Assembly (NCBI GenBank): GCA_964016885.1
Contig: OZ024740.1
Coordinates: 414,470,001-414,534,000, forward strand
DNA length: 64,000 nucleotides
From: Eledone cirrhosa
Lineage: Eukaryota
Reading direction: 5' to 3'
The notes below the pieces were generated by a model. That model had not been told where the DNA came from. It saw only the letters and a program-made list of their open reading frames with translations, and ran no database searches. Position 1 is the first letter of the stretch. The number at the start of each line of letters is the position of its first letter. Positions 51,864 to 64,000 of this stretch are shown here, in pieces. The position numbers and the translations under genes were made by a program.

Positions 51864-52821
51864 CTAAAATAGAAATAGAAATTACTAGAAAATAATAATT
51901 CCGAAAAAATAAATACATATACAGATAAATTGAAATATTAAAAACAAGAATTCTAGACATAAGATATTTTCCAAAAATAACAATTCTAATGGTGTTCGTG
52001 TGGTGTGTCTGATGGAGAAGCTGGATATTATTCTGCAGTCTTTACACGAACAATAAAAAATATAGCAACTTTGAGTGGTTGTTATCTTCTCAATATCATG
52101 GCATTTTTACAATTACAATGATGGGAGATCACATATAACTCTTCTCTTTGAATTAAGTAGGTAGTTTGTACAACCAGAAATACCAAGCAGTCATTGAAGA
52201 ATTTGATAAAACTGTGCATAAAGTTCACTTTATGAGAAGTATTTCATTCTCTCGATATAAGAATATCTAAAAAAATCAAAAACTGTGATCTGCGTATTTA
52301 GTGAAAAACTAAATCTTTATCTTTTCATGTATATTTCGTGCATGAATATTGGCAATGAAGTGTGTATGTGAGTGTATGTGTGCATTTGTTTTTTTCATAC
52401 AAACACACACATATATATATAAGTATTCTAATACATATATATATACACATAAAGATCCTATCAATCAATATTTATAGTTCTATTCTGCATATATGGTAAA
52501 CAGAATCAACCATTCAATGTCGCTTTTGTCTGTTTGACTTTTCCTAATCACTGGTTCTGTATTTATTGATGAACAACCATAGATTTTATGAATGAGGTAA
52601 TGGAAGTTGTGACAATGAAGCCTTCTCTAAGTGATTTACCATAAATGAAATGATATGGTTCCTACAAAGAAAATATCAGAACAGAATGGTGCTGTGGTCG
52701 GGATTTTACACATCTCTATACCCACTCTACATCTCCCCATGTATCAAGTACTCATACGTACTCATATGATTAGTGGTCTCCTCGGTCTCAGCACTGCAAA
52801 CTCTCTCTCTATATATATATG

Positions 52822-52932
<111 letters not shown>

Positions 52933-52991
52933 GTATATATATGTATATATATGTATATATATGTATATATATATATGTATATATATGTATA

Positions 52992-53034
<43 letters not shown>

Positions 53035-53110
53035 CGAAGGAAATGTGGTAAGGAACCAGGTGGACCATAACGCACCAAAGTACTCAATACTTAGGGTAGT
53101 AGAGTGGGTA

Positions 53111-53225
53111 ATAGGAACCGGTAAGACCCCGACGGCTAAGCTCAAGCCGTTTCGACGGCTAATTCTGAGTCCAGAATTAGCCGTCGAAACGGCTTGAGCT
53201 CAGCCGTCGGGGTCTTACCGGTTCC

Positions 53226-53228
<3 letters not shown>
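53111..53228. repeat. Near-perfect ~118-bp palindrome built from the 3' half of a hammerhead (PLE foldback)
   Basis: gacggctaattctg-agtc-cagaattagccgtc-GAAA-cggct...agccg-TC-ggggtc. Upstream gtactcaatac is shared with 31887. Confidence 0.75.
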
Positions 53229-53282
<54 letters not shown>

Positions 53283-53284
53283 GT

Positions 53285-53318
<34 letters not shown>

Positions 53319-53330
53319 GTATATATATGT

Positions 53331-53364
<34 letters not shown>

Positions 53365-53377
53365 ATGTATATATATG

Positions 53378-53408
<31 letters not shown>

Positions 53409-53410
53409 GT

Positions 53411-53444
<34 letters not shown>

Positions 53445-53457
53445 ATGTATATATATG

Positions 53458-53492
<35 letters not shown>

Positions 53493-53533
53493 GTATATGT
53501 ATATATATATATATGTATATATATGTATATATG

Positions 53534-53566
<33 letters not shown>

Positions 53567-53584
53567 GTATATATATGTATATAT

Positions 53585-54230
53585 AAGTATATATAAATTG
53601 AAACAAAATGAAAACGAAATTTCATTTCTCACTCTTAGTATGGCACTTACTTAAATGTAAGTATGCATGTATACGTACATACATATATGTATACAGACGT
53701 ACAGTAGCATGCACATATATATATATATATATACATATATACATACATATGCATACAGGTACACATACATATATGCACGTATCAGTTTAGCGGCGCTTAT
53801 TATAACGTCGCTTTGTTCATTTGTAAACAAACTGAACAGCCTGAGTTTATGCCATACGGTGTTAAGGCAACCACGTCACCTTTTTGTTCAACACTGACAC
53901 AGGAACGATGTACTAGTTTCAAGCTTGTTAGCTATCATCAGCACCGTTTACCCATCTGCCAGATAGTTGAACGTTCGAAAGTATATACTTTCCTTATGAA
54001 AATTAACGGCTGAGCAGCCTAATTTGCATATTGAGTGAATATAAATGAACAAAGCGACGTTATAATAAGCGCCGCTAAACTGATACGTGCATATATGTAT
54101 GTGTACCTGTATGCATATGTATGTATATATGTGTATATATGTATATATATATATATATATGTGCATGCTACTGTACGTCTGTATACATATATGTATGTAC
54201 GTATACATGCATACTTACATTTAAGTATAT
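53585..54230. mobile_element. Hammerhead-bearing non-coding element related to 37648-38745, with inverted arm 54038-54230
   Basis: Shared blocks ttgttcaacactgaca, aagcttgttagctatc and ttaacggctgag; different start point. Confidence 0.82.
53905..53947 (-). ncRNA. Minimal type I hammerhead ribozyme, intact core
   Basis: acggtg-CTGATGA-t agct aaca agct t-GAAA-CTAG-TA-catcgt. Stem I differs from the 37856 copy but stays paired. Confidence 0.85.
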
Positions 54231-55362
<1,132 letters not shown>

Positions 55363-55365
<3 letters not shown>

Positions 55366-56103
55366 GACAGCAACATAAGCTGGGCCACGCATATAAGCAG
55401 CAAAGTTGACATGGCCCGCAGAATGTGTTCCTGGATCCTCAGAACCTTCCAGTCGAGAGATTCCCACACCATTATCCTTCTCTTCTCTACTTTTGCCCGA
55501 CCACACCTTGAATACTGTTGTCCACTGTGGTCTCCCCACACGAAACAAAGTATCATGAAACTTGAAGCTCCTCAAAGGGCAATCACGAAAAAGATAGATG
55601 GCATGTCAGACCTTGACTACTGGGGTCGACTAGAAAAGCTGAAACTTTACTCACTCCAACGTCGCCGTGAGCGTTATATTATCTGCATGATGTGGAAAAT
55701 GTTTCATCATCACTGCCCAAATGATGTTGGCATCACCTTCAAAATACACCCAAGGCTTGGGCCCCGTGCTATCCGTCCCAAACAAAAATCTAAATCGCAA
55801 CTCATAACAACAATACGGCACAATTATTTCACCTCGATTGGCCCTGCTCTCTTCAACATCACACCAGGACACGTCAAAACAGAAACTGACCACACAAAAT
55901 TCAAGAAGTCTTTGGACAAATTCCTCCAAGTAATCCCGGACAAACCACCCACACCCGGATATGTCTCCGCAAACAGTAATTCTCTTCTCGAATGGGCCAT
56001 GGTGCCCAAATCCTGAATTGAAAGACTTCGCCAGGTGGTGCTATTAAGTTAGACATGGCCTGGGCCAATACTGGCCAAAACATTTCAAAGTTATTCAAAG
56101 TTA
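55363..56103 (+). mobile_element. CR1-group LINE 3' fragment
   Basis: [11 protein letters not shown]...[14 protein letters not shown]...[12 protein letters not shown], stop at 56014-56016, short tcaaagtta repeat tail. Confidence 0.88.
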
Positions 56104-57749
<1,646 letters not shown>

Positions 57750-60700
57750 ATGAATGTAGGCACCTTAAAGGGTCGCTCTAACGAGGTTGTAGAAATGCTT
57801 GAACATAAGGAGGTCGATGTTTGTTGTATTCAAGAGACCAGGTGGAGGGGAGGGTCGGCTAGATTCATCGTGGGTAAAGAACGACGCTATAAGCTTTTCT
57901 GGGTGGGAAATGACAATGGGTTGGGTGGGGTAGGAATCATGGTAGCAGAAAAGTGGGCAGATAAGATAATAGACGTAAATAGAGTGAACGACAGAATAAT
58001 TAAAATAAGACTTGTCCTCAATAAAACTACGGTGACAGTAATATCTGCGTACGCACCCCAATCCGGACTGCCCGGCGCTATAAAAGACAGATTCTACGAG
58101 ACACTGATGCTCGCTACCTCCCAAATAACCGACAGTGACTATATAGTTATTGCAGGCGACCTAAATGGTCACGTTGGACAACATTGTGACGGCTATGACG
58201 GAATCCATGGAGGCTATGGGTTCGGTACTAGAAATGAGGAAGGCTCCAGAATCCTGGAATTCTGCGACGCAAATAACTTAACTATCTGTAACACTAACTT
58301 CAAAAAACGAGACAATCACTTGATCACCTATAGATCGGGGGAACACACAAGCCAGGTAGATTATATCCTTACCAGAAGACGTGACAGAGTGTCTGTTGTT
58401 AACACTAAATCCCTCCCCATGAAGAATTCACCTCACAACATAGACTGATAATTAGCGACCTCATAGTCAGGACGAGACGTACTAGACAGCGGAAGAGGAC
58501 TATCCTCAGGAGAAAAATATGGAAGCTAAAGGACCCCATAGCCAGAAATAAATTTCAAAGCATATTACTTGACGCTTTCGACAGTAAGGAAGAGCAATTA
58601 GAGTCGTATAATATAGAGGAACAGTGGGAATTCCTGAGAGCAAACCTGCTGACGGCGGCAGACGAAGTCTGTGGCTGGAGCAGGCCTGTAGGTAGGAGGA
58701 GAGTAACATGGTGGTGGAACAGTAAGGTGGAGGAGTCAATTAAGGCCAAAAAGCAGGCTTGGAAAGTATGGCGGGATGGGGGAAGTAGAGAAGACTATCA
58801 AGTGGCCAGGAGGGAAGCTAGGAGACAAGTGTACTTCGCAAGAAGGGAAGCAGAGGAAAGAAAGTTCAAGCATGTTCTACAACGTGAGGACCAAAAACGT
58901 GAGGTGTTCAGGATTGCCAGGCAATGTGTCAAGGAAAACCGTGATATTGTCGGGGAGAAGTGTGTACTTAACGATGATGGCATACTTGCCATCACCGACG
59001 CTGATAAGAAGGTAGCTTGGAAGTGTCACTACGAAAGGCTTCTAAATGAGGAGAACAAATGGGAGAAAGACAGTCTCCCCCAGATCGATCCAATAGAGGG
59101 ACCAGCAGTGTTAGTTGAAGGTAGTATAATAAGTAAGGCAATCAAAGATATGAAGACGGGTAAGGCGGCTGGGCCTTCGGAAATAGTTGCTGAGATGCTG
59201 AAGGCATCTGGTTCGGTGGGACACACCATGGTCACCCGGATAGTTAACCAAGTCGTACAGAATGGGGTTGTTCCGAAGGACTGGCGTAGCAGCATCATCG
59301 TTAACTGCTATAAGGGAAAAGGAGATGCCTTAGATAGGAGTAACTATAGAGGCATTAAATTAATCGACCAGGTCATGAAGGTCACGGAAAAAGTAATAGC
59401 GCAACTAATCAGAGAGAGAATTGATCTAGATGAAATGCAGTTCGGGTTTGTGTCAGGCAAAAGTACCACAGACGCTCTTTTCATCGTACGACAACTACAG
59501 GAGAAGTACCTAGCTAAAAGTAAACCCCTATACTTAGCTTTCGTCGACTTGGAGAAAACCTTCGACAGAGTCCCCCGTTCCATTATCTGGTGGTCTCTTA
59601 GAAAACTAGGTGTTGACGAATGGCTTGTGAGAGCTATACAAGCCATGTATAAAGAAACAGTCAGTAAGGTTAGAATTAACAACGAATATAGTGAAGAGTT
59701 TAGCGTAAAAGTTGGTGTCCATCAGGGCTCTGTTCTTAGCCCCCTACTATTTATTATTTTCCTTCAGGCTATAACAGAGGAGTTCAAGACCGGCTGCCCA
59801 TGGGAACTCCTATACGCAGATGATCTAACGCTCATAGCTGAATCAATGACCGAACTAGAGAAGAAATTCCAAACATTGAAGCACGGCCTGGAATCAAAAG
59901 GCCTTAAAATTAACCTGGCTAAGACTAAAGTTCTAGTTTGTAGGAAAGAAAATAAGGCGGCGGTCCCATCTGGGAAATGGCCATGCTCAGTGTGTAGGAA
60001 AGGCGTAGGTAGAAACTCCATTTTATGTCCCAAATGCAAAGTATGGGTGCATAAAAGATGTAGTGGGATCACAGGTAAGCTAACTAAGAACATAGATTTT
60101 ACATGTGGCCGGAGCTCTGGTGCAATAAGTAGCAGCAAGTGCCCACAAAATACTAGCTCCTTCAACTGCGCAGAGGGTTCTATAGAAATAGTGGACAGCT
60201 TCCGTTATCTGGGTGACAAAATCAGCAGTGGGGGAGGGTGCTCTGAAAGTACAGTAGCTAGAGTCAGAACTGGATGGAAAAAGTTCAGAGAGCTTATACC
60301 ACTATTAGCCGCTAGAGGGTTCTCCCTAAAAATGAAAGGCAGGTTATACGATGCCTGCATACGAACAGCAATGCTGCATGGCAGTGAGACCTGGGCATTG
60401 TGTGCAGAGGATATACGCAGACTAGAGAGGAACGAAGCTTGCATGCTCCGCTGGATGTGCAATAGTAATATACGTGAACGGCAAAGCATAAACGAACTAA
60501 GGAAAAAATTAGAAATAAGAGGGATCAGATGTTGTTTACTCGAGAGAAGGCTACGTTGGTACGGTCACGTGATGCGCATGAAAGACGACAGCTGTATAAC
60601 AAAGTGCAGGGCAATAAAGATAGACGGTAGCCACGGAGTAGGCAGACCCAGAAAAACATGGGACGAGCTGATAAATTCCGACCTCACACGCTTACACCTC

Positions 60701-61152
60701 TCCAAGACAATGTCACTGGACCGAGACCTTTGGCGGTACTCAGTAATAGAGAAGACCCGCCTTACCTAAATACAAAGTAAAAACCTACTACAGTCAGTAG
60801 GCATCTCTATCAAAACACACCCCCGTCCCACCACCTCCACCCTATCCACACCGCCCCTTTCAATGTAAAGTTATGTTGGTCCCACAACATCCAGGCCGAA
60901 ACAAATGAGATCGTGTAGGTGTCACAACAAAAAAACACACAGTCCACGCTGTAAATGTGGCCGTGTAGGCAACACGGTAAAAACCTCCCAGACCCACACT
61001 GTAAATGTGGTTGGTGTTAGGAAGGGCATCCAACTGTAGAAAACCTGCCAGACAGTCCTATGCGAGCAAGACAATCACTCTTGCCTCAAGTGGGAAAACC
61101 CCCGTCCAAACCCATGCAAACGTGGAACACGGACGTTAAACGATGATGATGA
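57750..61152 (+). mobile_element. RTE-A LINE, near-intact coding region, lacking the 5' UTR
   Basis: Starts at MNVGTLKG; one frameshift in a C-run at ~58415, otherwise open to 60769; last finger Cys changed to Ser; (GAT)n tail; (TA)n on both sides. Confidence 0.94.
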
Positions 61153-61746
61153 TATATATATATATATATATATAGTAATAATAATAAAATTGAAGACTAA
61201 AATCCAAAGAGGGCTCGATAAGGAAAATATATATCAAATATATAAGAACCGTAGAGTTAGTTTCAGAAGATCCCGTTAAGGGTGAAAGCAGCGATTCTTT
61301 GCTTAAACTTTAATATATGTATATATATATATGTATATATATATGTATATATATATATGTATATATATATATGTATATATATATGTATATATGTATATAT
61401 GTATATATATGTATATATGTATATATGTATATATATATGTATATATATATGTATATATGTATATACGTATATATATATGTATATATGTATATATGTATAT
61501 ATATATGTATATATATATGTATATATATGTATATATGTATATATATATATATGTATATATATATGTATATATATATATATGTATATATATATGTATATAT
61601 ATATGTACATATTTTATACGCTCTCGTATAAAATGGAACAAAGCCGTCTAATCCATGCTAGCGTGGAAGATGGGCGTTAAATGATGATGATATATAATTG
61701 CAACATATATATGTGTGTGTGTGTGTATATATATACATATATATAA

Positions 61747-61788
<42 letters not shown>

Positions 61789-62324
61789 CAATTTCAAGGG
61801 TGTGGCTGACAAGGAAGATAGGTGCTTTTGTTCAAATATCTCGTGTATTCCGGGGGGGGGGGGGGGGGTTATTTGAGTGCAACTTTGCCATTTACTACTA
61901 TTACAACACTATGCACTATTTCTTTAATTAAGTATTTATTTACTTACCAGCTCAATAACTCTCGCTCTCTCACACACACTCTCTCTCCTTTTTTTGTTTT
62001 AAACAGAAGTCTATTTATATTTCTCTATCCTTGCCATTACCATTTGCACAACTTGTCTGCACCGTATCATTTAATGACATTTTATAATTATTTGTTTATG
62101 TACTCTCTTTGCTGTCCTATCTGAAAAACACTTCTTCTCCCCTGTCTTTATGTTGTTGTGTTGTCCCATATGCATCTTTCCAGTCGCTTCTTCTAAGCCA
62201 TAATGCAACCTGGCCTTAATATTTTGCAATATCAGCCTTATGCACAAAATTGCATTGACCAAGAGTGGCTAGTGAGGAAAATTAATGCTTTTGTTCATTC
62301 TACCCAAGTAGTTTTATTTTTTTT

Positions 62325-62373
<49 letters not shown>

Positions 62374-64000
62374 CACACACACACACACCTATTTCCATGC
62401 ACACACATACTAATCTATTAACTCTATAACTGAGCTAAAGACATTATCAGCTGAAATTGGCAATAAATCTTTCATAGCTAACTTTCCTTCAAATACAATA
62501 TATGCAACTACTATAAACTGTATAAATGATAATGATAAAAGCCATCTTATGCTGCTGTTAACCATTTTAAAACCATTGCAGAAGTGTAATATAGCATCTT
62601 GGTGTATAAATGAAAGAATAAGTTATATGTACAGTAAGGGTTTTCCTTCTTCAGCAAACAGTCTTCGCACACTTCATATTGAAGTTGTTATACTGCATGA
62701 CAGAGCAAACTTAGGTGAAACATTACCATCAATGCTTATTTAACTCTTTCATTATCATATTTCCAATAAAAGATACTACCTATAATTTCCAAATAATTTT
62801 GAAAATAATCAAGGATTTAGTAATATAACTAACTTTTCCATTATTAAACTGGTGCTTGGAGTGTAACTTGAAGGTTCTTCCATGATTGGAAATGTTTACA
62901 TAAATATAAACATCAGAAACAACAGTAGAACCAGGAGATGTCTAAGACAGTTTGCTATCAATGGGATTAATCTATGTTTCTATATATGCTGGTATGCTCT
63001 GCAGTACATCAAATTGCCATACGATTTGCTAATATGAGCCCCAAAATGTATATATCTTATTGCATTAGGAAGGGCATCCAGCTTTTGAAGTCATGCCAAA
63101 AAATAGAAGATATGAGCACGATATGGTCCACACAACCTGTCTAGTCTCAGACTTTGACAACCTCTCCAACCCATACAAGCATAGAAAACAGATGTAAAAT
63201 GATGATGGCCTCATTTTATCTATGAGTACCAACAACCTGACATCAGAATTCACCAGCCTTCTGTCTTATGCAAGGTAATGTATATACATTCAATGGAAAT
63301 GCTTACCTTATTTCACTCCAGCCCCAACGATTTTCCAGATCCTATGCCTATGTCGCATTACCATGTATATATGACTGTATTCCAGTTTTACTTTGTCTAT
63401 CAAAATATTCGTCTGTTTGATGGGAAATCAAAATTAAACAGACACAATGTACCATTTGAGAGGACTGTCCATTTGACCTAGCATGTGACAACCTCTCTAG
63501 TGCTGGTACAATAAAATACACCCAGTCCATGCTGTAAAGTTGTAGTGCTGATGTCACAAAAATGCACACAACACACCCTGTAAGGTAGTTGCTGTTAAGA
63601 AGGGCCTCTAGCCATAGAAACCATGCTAAATATGGAATGTAACAGAGAAATAGTGATCACTCTAACCCATCGGGTCTCAAACAATATTTATATCAGTAAC
63701 TAGTATATGTTGGCTGTATGTTTATGTTAGCATTGTGTTGTTTTATGAGTATTGGTTGCCTCCATTATTACTTGTCTTCGGTGAATTGGCAGTGTTGGTA
63801 GAGGGTTGGACGCCATGCTTTCTAACATAGTTACGTCCCTTTACGGTCTGAGTTGAAATCCTGAAGAAGTTAACTTTCATCCTTATGTGGTCGATAAAAT
63901 AAAGTATCAGTAATGTACTGAGTAATTGCTGGCCTTGTGCCAGAAGTAGAAACAATTATTACTTGTCTATTTTTGTGTGGAATCCTGTAGAATGTTTTTC

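Noticed and set aside
61262-61300. Hammerhead-like CAGAAGA..GAAA
   Set aside because: Core mismatch and no stem I pairing.
63306-63340. Possible further minus-strand exon with a strong AAG|gtaagc donor
   Set aside because: Weak acceptor and no recognisable UBA similarity; cannot be supported.

Overview
AT-rich, repeat-dense animal genomic DNA. The SINE/LINE families and huge (TA)n tracts suggest a cephalopod (octopus-like); this is inference. The window lies within a minus-strand host gene. Five small exons with canonical GT-AG sites and consistent phases splice into part of a coiled-coil + UBX-domain protein (UBXN1/UBXN4-like p97 adaptor) that continues beyond both window ends. The introns hold three RTE-clade LINE families (one copy has an uninterrupted ~1000-aa EN-RT ORF; all carry a C4HC3 PHD-like finger inside the RT region), CR1-type LINE fragments, several tRNA/CORE SINE families, a mariner relic, and hAT- and piggyBac-type MITEs. 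There are also many Penelope-like (PLE) remnants. Top observations: (1) a Naiad-type PLE GIY-YIG endonuclease whose only lesion is an in-frame TGA at a conserved Cys, a candidate selenocysteine; (2) about ten type I hammerhead ribozyme motifs, some in small non-coding tandem+foldback (retrozyme-like) elements, with covariation and a recurring CCGANGA core variant; (3) modular 3'-end sharing between RTE LINEs and SINEs; (4) apparent (TA)n-directed insertion. All calls were made by eye; no database searches were run.
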